In this document: positions 10,325 to 23,865 of the stretch, piece by piece | Position numbering within the stretch: the first letter of the stretch is position 1 | Layout: the number at the start of each line of letters is the position of its first letter | Translations under genes and position numbers: made by a program | Notes under the pieces: model-generated | Seen by the model: the letters and a program-made list of their open reading frames with translations, nothing else | What the model was told of the DNA's origin: nothing | The model's database searches: none | NCBI GenBank assembly: GCA_965228735.1 | Contig: OZ245838.1 | Coordinates: 6,560,001 to 6,624,000, forward strand | From: Planctomycetota bacterium | Lineage (GTDB): Bacteria > Planctomycetota > UBA1135 > UBA2386 | Length of the DNA: 64,000 nucleotides | Direction: 5' to 3'

Positions 10325-11719
10325 ATGAGCTTCACCGTCGCCAATCTGTTCAAGGTCAAGGAGATCAGGAACAAGATCCTGATCACCCTCGGTCTGCTCA
10401 TCGTCTACCGGATCGGGTTCTGGATCCCGATCCCGGGCGTCAACCAGGTGGAGCTCTTCAAGCAGATCGGCAACGAGGGGGGCATCGGCAAGTTGTTCTC
10501 CATGATGAACGTCCTGACGGGCGGCAACCTGCAGAGCGCGACGTTGTTCTCGCTCGGCGTGATGCCGTACATCTCGGCGAGCATCATCTTCAGTCTGTTG
10601 TCCAAGGCCGTGCCCGCGCTCGAGAAGATCAGCAAGGAGGGCGCGAGCGGGCAGAAGAAGATCAACCAGATGACCCGCATGGCCACCGTGGCCATCTGCC
10701 TCGTGCAGTCGTGGTTCGTGATCTTCGGTGTGCTCGGCGTCGAGGGCAGCAAGCTGCTGCACGCGGGCGTGCAGGACTGGTTCGGGATCTACTGCGTGGT
10801 CGTGATGATCGCGCTGACCGCCGGCACGATGTTCATCATGTGGCTCGGCGAGCAGATCACCGAGCACGGCGTCGGCAACGGCATCTCGCTGATCATCATG
10901 GCCGGCATCATCGCCAGCCTGTATCCGTCGATCTCGCAGTACTTCTCGTTCGGCTTCGGCCGCGAGGAGTGGCAGAAGCTGCTGACCTTCATGGCGGCGT
11001 GGGGTGTCGTCGTGGTCGCCGTCGTCTACATGACGAAGGCGCAGCGCCGCATCCCGATCCAGCAGGCCAAGCACACGCGCGGCCGCCGCGTCTACGGCGG
11101 GCAGCGCATGTTCCTGCCGTTCAAGGTCAACCAGGCCGGCGTCATGCCGATCATCTTCGGTTCGACCCTGCTGCTGATCCCGACCATGATCGGCAGCGCG
11201 GTGCCGGGCATGGGCTGGCTCAGCGACACGTTCGGCAGCCAGCGCGGCTTCTGGTACGTGACGACGTTCACGATCCTGATCTTCTTCTTCTCGTTCTTCT
11301 GGACGTCGATGATGTTCCAGCCGACCGACATCGCGAACAACCTGCGCGAGGGCGGCTCGTTCATCCCGGGCATCCGCCCCGGCAAGCCGACGGCGGACTA
11401 CCTCGAGGCGACGATGCTGCGCATCACGCTCGTCGGGGCGCTGTTCCTCGCGACCGTGTCGGTCATCCCGGCGTTCTTCGGTGGGGGTGGCGGCAGCCAG
11501 ATGGACCAGGTGCTGCTTTACTTCATGTCCGGCACGTCGATCCTCATCGTCGTCTCGGTGGCGCTCGACATGGTCGAGAAGATCAACGCGCTGCTCGTGA
11601 TGAAGAACTACGAGGGCTTCATGACGGAGCATGGCACCCAGGGCGGCCGTCAGGCCGGTCAGGGCGCCGGTGGTCAGGGCACGACCGGCTGGGGCCGCCG
11701 CGGAGGGGCGACCAGCTGA
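10325..11719 (+). CDS. secY: Preprotein translocase subunit SecY
   Basis: LFSLGVMPYISASII, WLGEQIT..GVGNGISLII, GVMPIIF, FIPGIRPG, GTSILIVV.V. Confidence 0.99.
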   Translation: MSFTVANLFKVKEIRNKILITLGLLIVYRIGFWIPIPGVNQVELFKQIGNEGGIGKLFSMMNVLTGGNLQSATLFSLGVMPYISASIIFSLLSKAVPALEKISKEGASGQKKINQMTRMATVAICLVQSWFVIFGVLGVEGSKLLHAGVQDWFGIYCVVVMIALTAGTMFIMWLGEQITEHGVGNGISLIIMAGIIASLYPSISQYFSFGFGREEWQKLLTFMAAWGVVVVAVVYMTKAQRRIPIQQAKHTRGRRVYGGQRMFLPFKVNQAGVMPIIFGSTLLLIPTMIGSAVPGMGWLSDTFGSQRGFWYVTTFTILIFFFSFFWTSMMFQPTDIANNLREGGSFIPGIRPGKPTADYLEATMLRITLVGALFLATVSVIPAFFGGGGGSQMDQVLLYFMSGTSILIVVSVALDMVEKINALLVMKNYEGFMTEHGTQGGRQAGQGAGGQGTTGWGRRGGATS

Positions 11720-11720
11720 G

Positions 11721-12392
11721 ATGCGAGCGACCGTGACAGCCCGCTGCGTGTTCCTCGGCGCCCCGGGTGCCGGCAAGGGCACCCAGGCCAAGAAGGTCGC
11801 GGAGTCCGTCCAGGCTGGCGGTGCGGGCCTGGCCCACATCTCGACGGGCGACATGCTGCGGGCGCAGGTGTCGGCCGGCACGGAGCTCGGACTGCAGGCC
11901 AAGGGCTTCATGGACCAGGGGCAGCTGGTGCCGGATCAGGTCATCATCGCGATGGTCCAGGACCGGATTGCCCAGCCCGACGCCACTTCGGCATGGATCC
12001 TGGACGGCTTTCCCCGTACGCTGCCGCAGGCCGAGGCCCTGGATCAGGGCCTCGCCGACAGCACCCCGCTGTCACACGTGATCTACTTCGCCGTACCCGA
12101 GGCCGAGCTGCTGGGACGTCTGACGGGTCGCCGGACCTGCTCCAACTGCGGAGCGATCTGGCACGTCACCAACAAGCCGACCAAGGTGGCAGGCGTCTGT
12201 GATCTGTGCGGTGGGGAATTGACCCAACGCGCTGACGATCGCGAGGAAGCGATCGCCCAGCGCCTCGTTGCCTACCGGGAGCAGACCGCTCCCCTTCTGG
12301 AGTACTACCGTTCCCGGAATGTCCTGCGGGAGATCGATGCGAATCGATCGCCCGATGTCGTGTTCGAGGAGTTGTTGACGCTGATGCAATGA
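11721..12392 (+). CDS. adk: Adenylate kinase with zinc-finger LID
   Basis: GAPGAGKGTQA, HISTGDMLR, LDGFPRT, CSNC...CDLC, QRADD. Confidence 0.97.
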   Translation: MRATVTARCVFLGAPGAGKGTQAKKVAESVQAGGAGLAHISTGDMLRAQVSAGTELGLQAKGFMDQGQLVPDQVIIAMVQDRIAQPDATSAWILDGFPRTLPQAEALDQGLADSTPLSHVIYFAVPEAELLGRLTGRRTCSNCGAIWHVTNKPTKVAGVCDLCGGELTQRADDREEAIAQRLVAYREQTAPLLEYYRSRNVLREIDANRSPDVVFEELLTLMQ

Positions 12393-12405
12393 TCGAGTGT
12401 GTGCG

Positions 12406-12696
12406 ATGAGCGACGTCGAAGGAGCACCTTCGGAACCCGCCGTGCAGGCGACCGTGATCGGCCGACTGCCCAACGAGATGTTCCGGTTGCGCCTGCAAGA
12501 CGGCCAGCTTGTCGACGCCCACGCCGCCAAGAACCTGCGAATGACCTACGTCCGGCTCGTGCCGGGAGACGTCGTCGAGATCGACCGTTCTCCGTTCGAC
12601 CCCGACAAGGCGCGGATCATCCGGATCCGCAAGCTGAAGCACCAGCAGCAGGCCAGCAACACGACTCCACCCTCCGCCACCGAATCCAACCCCTAG
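12406..12696 (+). CDS. infA: Translation initiation factor IF-1-like, divergent
   Basis: [30 protein letters not shown]; syntenic before rpmJ. Confidence 0.85.
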   Translation: MSDVEGAPSEPAVQATVIGRLPNEMFRLRLQDGQLVDAHAAKNLRMTYVRLVPGDVVEIDRSPFDPDKARIIRIRKLKHQQQASNTTPPSATESNP

Positions 12697-12715
12697 TCAA
12701 CCCGAGAGCCCAGCC

Positions 12716-12835
12716 GTGAAAGTCAGAGCCAGCGTTCGACGGATCTGCGAGCACTGCAAAGTCGTGAAGCGTCGCGGTGTCGTCCGGATCATCTGCAGCA
12801 GCAACCCGCGCCACAAGCAGCGCCAAGGGAAGTAA
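12716..12835 (+). CDS. rpmJ: 50S ribosomal protein L36 (absent from ORF track)
   Basis: Manual translation from [42 protein letters not shown], zinc ribbon intact. Confidence 0.98.
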   Translation: MKVRASVRRICEHCKVVKRRGVVRIICSSNPRHKQRQGK

Positions 12836-12838
12836 GCC

Positions 12839-13216
12839 ATGCCACGCCTCCTCGGTGTCGACATCCCGAACGAGAAGCGCATCGACGTTGCGCTCACCTA
12901 CATCTACGGCGTGGGCCACACCACGGCGCTGAAGGTGCTCGAAGAACTCAACATCCCGCGTGAGACGCGCAGCAAGGACCTCAAGGACGACGAGGTCGCG
13001 ACGCTCGCTGCTCACCTTGAGAAGACGCTGCCCGTCGAGGGTGCGCTGCGTCGCCTGACGATGCAGAACATCTCGCGGCTCAAGGACATCCAGTGCTACC
13101 GCGGTCTGCGCCACCGGCGCGGTCTGCCCGTTCACGGTCAGCGCACGCGCTGCAATGCCCGCACCCGCAAGGGCCCGCGCAAGACCGTCGCCAACAAGAA
13201 GATCCTCAGGAAGTAA
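12839..13216 (+). CDS. rpsM: 30S ribosomal protein S13
   Basis: [37 protein letters not shown]. Confidence 0.99.
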   Translation: MPRLLGVDIPNEKRIDVALTYIYGVGHTTALKVLEELNIPRETRSKDLKDDEVATLAAHLEKTLPVEGALRRLTMQNISRLKDIQCYRGLRHRRGLPVHGQRTRCNARTRKGPRKTVANKKILRK

Positions 13217-13220
13217 TTCG

Positions 13221-13613
13221 ATGGCCGGACCCAAAACGGACAAGAAGAAGGCGCGCGTTCGCAAGAACGTCGGCAAGGCGATCGCCCACGTGAAGGCGTC
13301 GTTCAACAACACGATCGTCACGGTCACGGACGCCTCCGGGCAGGTCATCGCCTGGGACTCGGCCGGCACCATCGGCTACAAGGGCTCGCGCAAGAGCACG
13401 CCGTTCGCGGCGCAGCGCGCGGCCGAGAAGGTCGCCGACAAGTGCAAGAAGATGGGCGTGCACGAGATGGAGGTCCTGGTTCGCGGCCCGGGTTCGGGAC
13501 GCGAGTCGGCGGTCCGCGCCCTCGCGTCGTCCGGCATCGAGATCCGCTCGATCGAGGACGCCACCCCGCTGCCGCACAACGGCTGCCGTTCGCGCAAGCG
13601 CCGCCGCGTCTAG
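13221..13613 (+). CDS. rpsK: 30S ribosomal protein S11
   Basis: [41 protein letters not shown]. Confidence 0.99.
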   Translation: MAGPKTDKKKARVRKNVGKAIAHVKASFNNTIVTVTDASGQVIAWDSAGTIGYKGSRKSTPFAAQRAAEKVADKCKKMGVHEMEVLVRGPGSGRESAVRALASSGIEIRSIEDATPLPHNGCRSRKRRRV

Positions 13614-13664
13614 CGCGGCTCCACCCAGCCGCGCCCACCACAGCAAACCAACCGCATTCTACTG

Positions 13665-14288
13665 ATGGCTCGTATTTCGAATCAGGTCTGCAAGCTCTGC
13701 CGCCGCGAGGGCGTCAAGCTGTTCCTCAAGGGGCAGCGGTGCTTCTCCGAGAAGTGTGGCGTGAACCGCCGCAACTACCCGCCGGGTCAGCATGTTCGGC
13801 CCAAGAAGGGCACGGACTACGGCGCCCAGCTCCGCGAGAAGCAGAAGTGCAAGCGCATCTACGGCGTGCTCGAGCGCCAGTTCATGAACTACTTCACGAT
13901 CGCGCAGCGCCAGAAGGGCAACACGGGTGACAACCTGCTGATCCTGCTGGAGCGTCGCCTCGACAACGTGGTTCTGAGCCTGGGTCTCGCGTTCTCGCGC
14001 TTCGATGCGCGGCAGACGGTGGCCCATGGCCACGTCTACGTGAACGGCAAGCGCCTCGACATCCCGAGCTACCTCGTGCGTCCTGGCGACGAGATCGAGG
14101 TGCGCGGCAAGGAGAAGCTCAAGAAGAAGGTCACGGACGCGATCGAGATGAACAAGGGCCGGCCGCTGCCGCCCTGGCTCGAAGCCGTGCCGACCGACCT
14201 CAAGGGCAAGGTCGTGCAGCTGCCGAAGCGCGAAGACGTCACGGCCGAGATCAACGAGCAGCTCATCATCGAGCTCTGCTCCAAGTAA
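13665..14288 (+). CDS. rpsD: 30S ribosomal protein S4
   Basis: CKLCRREG.KLFLKG.RC, PPGQH, QLREKQK, LERRLDNVV, DIPSYLV. Confidence 0.99.
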   Translation: MARISNQVCKLCRREGVKLFLKGQRCFSEKCGVNRRNYPPGQHVRPKKGTDYGAQLREKQKCKRIYGVLERQFMNYFTIAQRQKGNTGDNLLILLERRLDNVVLSLGLAFSRFDARQTVAHGHVYVNGKRLDIPSYLVRPGDEIEVRGKEKLKKKVTDAIEMNKGRPLPPWLEAVPTDLKGKVVQLPKREDVTAEINEQLIIELCSK

Positions 14289-14387
14289 GCACGCAGCTGG
14301 CCGCGTCTGGCGGCGAGCTGCACCCCGGCCCGGTGGCGACCGCGTTCGCACCCGGGCCACTGACGGCAAAGCAAGGATTCACACGCA

Positions 14388-15386
14388 ATGCGTATTCGTT
14401 GGCGCAACTTCGAGCTGCCTTCCCAGGTCCGCCTGGAGCAGGACACCTCCTCCTCGAGCTACGGCAAGTTCACGGTCGAGCCGTTCGAGAAGGGTTTCGG
14501 CACCACGATCGGCAATGGTCTGCGCCGCGTTCTGCTCTCGTCGATCGAGGGCACCGCGGTCACGTGGGTGCGCATCGACGGCGTCGTGCACGAGTTCTCG
14601 ACGATGCAGGGCATCCTCGAGGACGTCACGCAGATCGTGCTCAACATCAAGAAACTGCGCGTCAAGATGCACACCGACGCGCCGACGACGCTGCGCATCG
14701 ACTGCAGCGAGAAGGGCGAGGTGCTCGCCGGCATGATCGAGGGTGACCACAACGTCGAGGTCGCCAACCCCGAGCTCAAGATCTGCACCCTGACCGAGGA
14801 CGTCCGGTTCTACGCCGAGATGCAGGTTAAGAAGGGCCGCGGCTACGTCACGGCCGAGGAGAACGTCACCGAGGACCAGGAGATCGGCACGATCCCGGTC
14901 GACTCGATCTTCAGCCCGGTGCACCGCGTGCGCTACGGCATCGAGAACACGCGCGTCGGCAAGTCGACCGACTACGATCGCCTCGTCCTCGAGGTCTGGA
15001 CCGACGGCACCGTGTCGCCCGAGATGGCGCTCGTCGAGGCGAGCAAGATCTACCGCAAGCACCTCAACCCGTTCGTCCAGTACTTCGAGTTCAAGGAAGA
15101 CCTGGCCGTCGAGGGTGGTGTGCTCGCGCCGGAAGGCGACGAGGGCGCGAAGCGCCGCGAGATGACGGACCTGCTGAGCAAGAGCGTCGACATGCTCGAG
15201 CTGTCGGTCCGCGCAAAGAACTGCCTGGACAGCGAGAACATCACGGTCATCAAGGACCTGGTGCGCATGTCGGAGGCGGAGCTGCTCAAGGTCCGCAACT
15301 TCGGCCGCACCTCGCTCAAGGAGGTCAAGAGCAAGCTCAGCGCGCTCGGCCTCTCGCTCGGGATCAACGTCGACGAGTACGCTTAG
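14388..15386 (+). CDS. rpoA: RNA polymerase alpha subunit
   Basis: EPFEKGFGTTIGNGLRRVLLSS, HEFST, GRGYV, IFSPV, LELSVRA.NCL, NFGRTSL.E. Confidence 0.99.
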   Translation: MRIRWRNFELPSQVRLEQDTSSSSYGKFTVEPFEKGFGTTIGNGLRRVLLSSIEGTAVTWVRIDGVVHEFSTMQGILEDVTQIVLNIKKLRVKMHTDAPTTLRIDCSEKGEVLAGMIEGDHNVEVANPELKICTLTEDVRFYAEMQVKKGRGYVTAEENVTEDQEIGTIPVDSIFSPVHRVRYGIENTRVGKSTDYDRLVLEVWTDGTVSPEMALVEASKIYRKHLNPFVQYFEFKEDLAVEGGVLAPEGDEGAKRREMTDLLSKSVDMLELSVRAKNCLDSENITVIKDLVRMSEAELLKVRNFGRTSLKEVKSKLSALGLSLGINVDEYA

Positions 15387-15441
15387 GCCGCGTCACCCGC
15401 CGCACAGCACTGCACACAACTACTGACAGGACTATCGGGTC

Positions 15442-15894
15442 ATGAAGCACCGCGTCGCCGGCAAACATCTCAACCGCAACTCCGCGCACCGCGCGGCGCT
15501 GCGCAAGAACTTCTGCGTGTCCGTCATCATGCACGAGCGGGTCACCACGACCCTGGCCAAGGCCAAGGCGCTGCGCCCGTTCGTCGAGAAGATGATCACG
15601 CTGGCCAAGGGTGCCAACGAGCAGAACAAGCTGCACCGCATCCGTCGCGCCGTCTCGATCCTGCAGGACAAGACCGCGGTGAAGAAGCTGTTCGAGGAGA
15701 TCGCGCCGCGCTTCCAGAACCGCGCGGGCGGCTACACGCGCATCCTGCGCCTGCCCGACTACCGCATCGGTGACGGCGGCGACAAGGCCCTGTTCGAGCT
15801 CCTCGACAACGACGTCCTCGAGCGCCAGATCAAGGCGGCCGAGGAGGCCGAGGCCGAGGTCGACAGCGAAGAGGAAGCGGAAGCGGGCGTCTAG
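15442..15894 (+). CDS. rplQ: 50S ribosomal protein L17
   Basis: MKHR...K.LNR..HR.A, TTTLAKAK, R.GGYTRILRL. Confidence 0.99.
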   Translation: MKHRVAGKHLNRNSAHRAALRKNFCVSVIMHERVTTTLAKAKALRPFVEKMITLAKGANEQNKLHRIRRAVSILQDKTAVKKLFEEIAPRFQNRAGGYTRILRLPDYRIGDGGDKALFELLDNDVLERQIKAAEEAEAEVDSEEEAEAGV

Positions 15895-15927
15895 ACGCTA
15901 CTTCTGACGCTCCTGGGCACACTCCCG

Positions 15928-15968
15928 AACGGGCCGGCTCACCAGCGGTGAGGCGGCCCGTTGTCGTT
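15928..15968 (+). terminator. Probable intrinsic terminator of the ribosomal protein operon
   Basis: Hairpin AACGGGCCG-G-CTCACC-AGC-GGTGAG-G-CGGCCCGTT followed by a weak T-rich tail. Confidence 0.55.
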
Positions 15969-16064
15969 GGCCCGTTGTCGTTGGTGGGGGGCGGGACCGA
16001 GTTGGGACGCCGTCGGACCGGCGTACGGGCGTGCTCGGGCGCTCGACGCCGTATCCTCGTGGGC

Positions 16065-17243
16065 ATGCGTTTCGTCCGTGCGTCGCTCTGCCTGCTGGCT
16101 CTCGGTCTCGTCGCTTCGGCCCAGGAGCCGGGCGACCCGAAGACGGACGCGCTCGAGCGTCGGCTGACCGCCCTGTTCGAGCGCCCGGCTGGCCAGCGCA
16201 TCTCGGACGCGCAGAAGGCCGCGCTCGGCGAATTCGTCGCCGCGCACGCGGGTGAGCTCGGTCGCCTCGGCTATGCCAAGGGGCTGCACAGCTACCTCAC
16301 GCGGCAGCCCGAGCGGGCGGTCACGGAGCTCGACGCGTTCTTCGAAGGCCACGGTCCGGACGCGATTCGGGTCGCCGAGCAACGGCTCATGGTGGGGCGG
16401 ATCTACATGGCCGCGTTCGGCCGGGTCGCGCGGACCGAGGCGCCCGACGTCGAGGCGCTGCAGCTCTACGGCGAACGCGCGACCCGGCTCTACGCGGATC
16501 TGCCGCTGCTCACGCGCTACATGCCGCGCATGCTCGGCGGGATCGCGGACGACGCGACCCGGGTCCTGGCGCGCGCGGCGCTCGTGCGCGGCGCGGCGAA
16601 TTCGGGCGGCGAGCCGGCGGCGTTCGACCGCTTCGTCGCGGCGCTCTATGCCGATGTCGCGGCACCGGTGCCGGCCAATGCGCGGCGTGGCGCCGCCGGT
16701 CGGACGTCGGGCAAGCGCACCGACCCGACCGCAGCGGTGCGCGACGCGCTCACCGGCAAGACGCCACCCGCGCTGTCGGTGCAGCACCGGATCGGCGAGG
16801 GGCGGGCGGAGATCGCGGCCCACCGCGGCAAGGTCGTGCTCGTCGACTTCTGGGCCACGTGGTGCGGGCCGTGCCGGGCCGTAATCCCCGAGCTCGTGAA
16901 GCTGCAAGACCAGCATCCGGACTCGCTTCGGGTCGTCGGCGCCACGCGGTTCTACGGCTACGGCATGGACTTCACGGGGGACGGCAAGGTGCCGCACAGC
17001 GGGACCATCGTCCGTGAGCTCGATGAGGCTGCCGAACTCGCGATCAACCGCACGTTCGCGATCGCGTTCGAGCTCAACTACCCGATCGCGTTCGTCCCGA
17101 AGGGCACGTTCGAGGCCTACGGCATCCGCGGCATCCCGACGGTGTTCGTGATCGGCCGCGACGGCAAGGTCGTCGGCCACGTGGTCGGCAACCGCCACGA
17201 AGAACTCACCGCCCTCGTCGAGCGCGCGCTCGGCGACGAGTAG
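16065..17243 (+). CDS. Exported TlpA/ResA-family thiol-disulfide oxidoreductase with N-terminal helical region
   Basis: Signal peptide MRFVRASLCLLALGLVASAQE; GKVVLVDFWATWCGPC; GIPTVFVIGRDG. Confidence 0.88.
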   Translation: MRFVRASLCLLALGLVASAQEPGDPKTDALERRLTALFERPAGQRISDAQKAALGEFVAAHAGELGRLGYAKGLHSYLTRQPERAVTELDAFFEGHGPDAIRVAEQRLMVGRIYMAAFGRVARTEAPDVEALQLYGERATRLYADLPLLTRYMPRMLGGIADDATRVLARAALVRGAANSGGEPAAFDRFVAALYADVAAPVPANARRGAAGRTSGKRTDPTAAVRDALTGKTPPALSVQHRIGEGRAEIAAHRGKVVLVDFWATWCGPCRAVIPELVKLQDQHPDSLRVVGATRFYGYGMDFTGDGKVPHSGTIVRELDEAAELAINRTFAIAFELNYPIAFVPKGTFEAYGIRGIPTVFVIGRDGKVVGHVVGNRHEELTALVERALGDE

Positions 17244-17281
17244 CTCTGTCTGCTGACCCCTGCCCTGCAAGGAGGTTTTCG

Positions 17282-17794
17282 ATGCGACCGTTCCTGTTCG
17301 TCTGCTCCGTCACCCTGACCTTTTGCGCCACCGCACCGGCGCAGTACGGCTTCCTGGCCCACACGTCCGGCTCGAGCACGCAGATCAACTCCGGCTGCGG
17401 GTTCGACTGCACCGATCCGCAGAACGTCGTCCAGGTCACCGTCGTCGGCGGCGACCGGCTCAACTACGAGATCCAGGGCGACGGCGGCGCGCTCGCGGGC
17501 GTGCTGATCAGCATCGTGCCGCCGCTGCCCGCGTGCCCCGGCATTCCGTTCGCCGGCATCCAGAACTCGCTGCTGCTCGATCCCAACCCGACGTTCACGG
17601 CCGTGGCCGGGATCCTGCCGTCGCTCTCGACGTCGACGGCGCAGAGCTCGTGCGGCGCGTTCGGCCGCCGGCGCATCCTCGCGCTGTTCGACCTGCCGGC
17701 GTTCTTGTCCGGGTTGACGGTCTCGTTCCAGGGCTTCGTGTACGAGAACGGCACACCGACGTTCACGCGCGCGCTGCAGATCGATGTGACCTGA
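17282..17794 (+). CDS. Secreted hypothetical protein
   Basis: AAGGAGG RBS, signal peptide ending APAQ, Cys pairs, C-terminal GLTVSFQGFVY...TRALQIDV segment. Confidence 0.75.
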   Translation: MRPFLFVCSVTLTFCATAPAQYGFLAHTSGSSTQINSGCGFDCTDPQNVVQVTVVGGDRLNYEIQGDGGALAGVLISIVPPLPACPGIPFAGIQNSLLLDPNPTFTAVAGILPSLSTSTAQSSCGAFGRRRILALFDLPAFLSGLTVSFQGFVYENGTPTFTRALQIDVT

Positions 17795-17813
17795 GCGCGC
17801 GCGCCCCGCTTCG

Positions 17814-18221
17814 TCAGCGGGGGCAGAGGATGTTGTGACGGCCGGCGTGCGGGCCCGTCATGACGATGTCATCCCAGTACTGGCCCGCCTCGTTCCACGT
17901 CGTCATGCCGAACGTGCCGCGCTGGTTGACCCACATGTAGGTCACGGGCTCGAGGCTGATGAGCTCCATCGTCGCGGTCTCGTCCGGGATCAGCACGCCG
18001 TTGAACTTGACCAGGGCGTAGATCGTGCCGCCCTGGTTGGAGCACTCGAGCGTGATCGTGTTGCCGGGGCTCACCGGCACGCCGTCGGACGTGAGGATCT
18101 CGTGGGTGCCGATGATGCTCGGCGTGCCTTCCGGCGGCACCTGGGCGAGCGCCGCGCTGCTGAACGCGGCCAGGGTGATCACGGCGATGGCGGAGCGGAG
18201 GAGGGCGGGAAGGCTGGTCAT
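17814..18221 (-). CDS. Small secreted hypothetical protein
   Basis: Signal peptide MTSLPALLRSAIAVITLAAFSSAALAQ; beta-rich mature part. Confidence 0.7.
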   Translation of the reverse strand: MTSLPALLRSAIAVITLAAFSSAALAQVPPEGTPSIIGTHEILTSDGVPVSPGNTITLECSNQGGTIYALVKFNGVLIPDETATMELISLEPVTYMWVNQRGTFGMTTWNEAGQYWDDIVMTGPHAGRHNILCPR

Positions 18222-18371
18222 GGGGGCTTTCGACGGAACGGGAGAGCGAATGGCCGATCGGCCGGGCGGCACGACGCCGCCGAGCCTCGGCGGTTCCAGG
18301 GTGCCGAAGCCCTTTGCCTCTAACGCACCTTCTCGGATTCCGATGACCGGCCCCCGTCGGCGCCGGTGCAG

Positions 18372-19280
18372 CTACTCGCGGTGTGTCGCCCGCACGAACG
18401 TCACGAGCCAGGAGCCGCTCGCGCGGCGGACCGCGACGAGGCCCGCGCAGCCGACCGGCAGTTCGACGCTCTGCGCCATCTCGACCGAGCGGCGCAGCGG
18501 CGCGTGGATCTCGCGTTCGACGCCGGGGTAGACCTCGACGTCGACGGCCGGCAGCGGGAGCTCGATGTCGCTCTGGGTGACGCGGTAGTCGAGGCTGACG
18601 GTGCCGTCGTGCAGGCAGGCACCGAACAGGTCGACGGTGATGCCGTCGAACAGGGTCTCGGTCACGGGCGTCGTCACGGGTTTGCCGTCGACGAGCTCGA
18701 CCTCGAAGTCGCGGGTGCACGAGACGGAGCGGCCGACCGACAGCCGGGCCTTGCCGGCGTGGTAGGTGAGCAGGCGCGGCGCGTGGATCATCTCGACCGC
18801 GTCGTCCTGCTTGAGTGAGCGTTCGAGCTCTGCCGCGCGCTTCGGCTTCAGGACCGCGAAGCGTTGGTCGCCGTCCTGCTCCGGCCCGAACACCGCGTCG
18901 AGCTGGCGTTCGAACAACGACGTGTCGGCGCGCATGATCCAGCTCTCGACGTCGATCTGGGTCCCGTGCAGCTCCTGGCAGCGGGCGATCAGGCGCTCGA
19001 CCCACGCGCACTGCGGCTCGGTGCCGAGGACCGTGAGGTGTCGGTCGCCGAGGAGCTGGATCCCGTGCTCCGGCCCGAGCGCGGGTTCGACGAACCGGCG
19101 GGCGAACGCGGCGATGGCCTCGCCGTCGAACGGGAGGTCGTCGTTCCCGAGCTTCGACAGGTCGTGGACCTGCAGCGTGAGGTTGGTCGCGACCGGCATC
19201 TTCTGGGCCTGCGCGACCGCGGTGCACGTCGAGACGGTGAGCGCCGCAGTGAGGGCGGCGGAGAGATGATCGAAGGTCAC
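18372..19280 (-). CDS. Short secretin-like (GspD/PilQ-related) exported protein
   Basis: GTG start overlapping upstream stop; signal peptide; N-domain-like LTVLGTEPQCAWVERLI; QIDVES, APRLLT...ARLSVG, GITVDL resemble secretin core motifs. Confidence 0.55.
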   Translation of the reverse strand: MTFDHLSAALTAALTVSTCTAVAQAQKMPVATNLTLQVHDLSKLGNDDLPFDGEAIAAFARRFVEPALGPEHGIQLLGDRHLTVLGTEPQCAWVERLIARCQELHGTQIDVESWIMRADTSLFERQLDAVFGPEQDGDQRFAVLKPKRAAELERSLKQDDAVEMIHAPRLLTYHAGKARLSVGRSVSCTRDFEVELVDGKPVTTPVTETLFDGITVDLFGACLHDGTVSLDYRVTQSDIELPLPAVDVEVYPGVEREIHAPLRRSVEMAQSVELPVGCAGLVAVRRASGSWLVTFVRATHRE

Positions 19281-19747
19281 AGGGAACGGCTCCGCGTGGT
19301 GGTGACGATGACGTGGGTGCGGTGACCGCCGCGTTCGGCGGCGATGCGTTCGGCGACGGTCCACGAGACCGTTCCGGAGGTGGGGGATCGATTCTCGGAG
19401 ACCGTGACGCCGAGCAGTCGTCCGGCGGTGGCGTTCGAGGACGCTTCGGCGTCGGCCGGGAACGAGGCGAACACGGCGGCGGTCGCGAGGACGGGAATCG
19501 CGGCCGCGACGAGGATCCACCCGAGCGCCCGCCCTCGGCGGCGCGGAGCTCGGCCGGCCGGGGCGGCTGGGGGCATTGTGTTTGGAGGCAAGGCCTGCAG
19601 CCGCGCGTAGAGGTTCGCGAACCCCGGCAGCTCGTCCGGTTCGGCCAGCAGCGCGTCGACGACGGCGGGGTCGTCGAGCGGGTCGGCGCGCCGGTCGAGG
19701 CAGTCGTGCAGCGCGCGTTCGAGTTCTCGGCGGGTGCGGTCAGTCAT
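19277..19747 (-). CDS. Putative membrane-anchored anti-sigma factor
   Basis: Overlaps ECF sigma stop; short cytoplasmic N-terminus, one TM (ALGWILVAAAIPVLATAAVF), small periplasmic part. Confidence 0.7.
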   Translation of the reverse strand: MTDRTRRELERALHDCLDRRADPLDDPAVVDALLAEPDELPGFANLYARLQALPPNTMPPAAPAGRAPRRRGRALGWILVAAAIPVLATAAVFASFPADAEASSNATAGRLLGVTVSENRSPTSGTVSWTVAERIAAERGGHRTHVIVTTTRSRSL

Positions 19748-20237
19748 GGTCGGCGTTCTCCGCGGCGGTCCGTCGCAGCTTCTCGCGCGCGCGGCGCAGG
19801 TGCGACTTGACGGTGTTCAGGGGCAGGTCGTGGTCCGCGGCGAGCTGCAGCAGCGTGCGGTCGTCGCGATGGAAGCCGAGCAGCAGCGCGCGCTCGATCG
19901 CCGAGAGCTCGTCGAGGACGCGCTCGACCTCGTCGCGCAGCTCTGCCGTGCACGGCGGCGTCGCGCTCTGCGAACGCGCGAGCTCGTCGGCCGCCTGCGG
20001 GACGCTGCGCAGCTTGCGCCGGTGGTCGATGACGCATCGAAACCCGGTCTGCAGCAGCCAGCCACGAGTGCTGCGCCTGGGATCCCAGCTGCCGCGGTAG
20101 CGCCAGGCGCGGGTCATCGCCTCCTGCAGCAGGTCGTCGGCGTCGCGCGGCGCGAGCCGCCGGAGCATGGCGATCAGGGCCATGCGATGCCGCGCGAGGT
20201 AGTCGGCAAACTCGCGTTCGATCGCACTCTGGTTCAT
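19740..20237 (-). CDS. ECF RNA polymerase sigma factor
   Basis: DADDLLQEAMTRAWR, RGWLL, region 4 LLQLAADHDLPLNTVKSHLRRAREKLR. Confidence 0.92.
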   Translation of the reverse strand: MNQSAIEREFADYLARHRMALIAMLRRLAPRDADDLLQEAMTRAWRYRGSWDPRRSTRGWLLQTGFRCVIDHRRKLRSVPQAADELARSQSATPPCTAELRDEVERVLDELSAIERALLLGFHRDDRTLLQLAADHDLPLNTVKSHLRRAREKLRRTAAENADHD

Positions 20238-20335
20238 CGCCGTCGACACCGGGGTCACTCCGGCTGCTATACCGCAGCCGGCCGGCGCGAAGTTGCGGCC
20301 GGCGACGATTTCCGCCTGGTTCACGAACCCGGGCG

Positions 20336-23779
<3,444 letters not shown>

Positions 23780-23865
23780 CGCCGCTCAGCGTACGGTGCG
23801 CGCCGGACACCGCAATCACGTACCGGAACAGCCGCGAGGGCGAGCCTGTGCGGTGGCGTCCGCCA

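Noticed and set aside
14289..14387. Two GC-rich hairpins between rpsD and rpoA as an ncRNA
   Set aside because: Short, expected at this GC content, no family motif recognised
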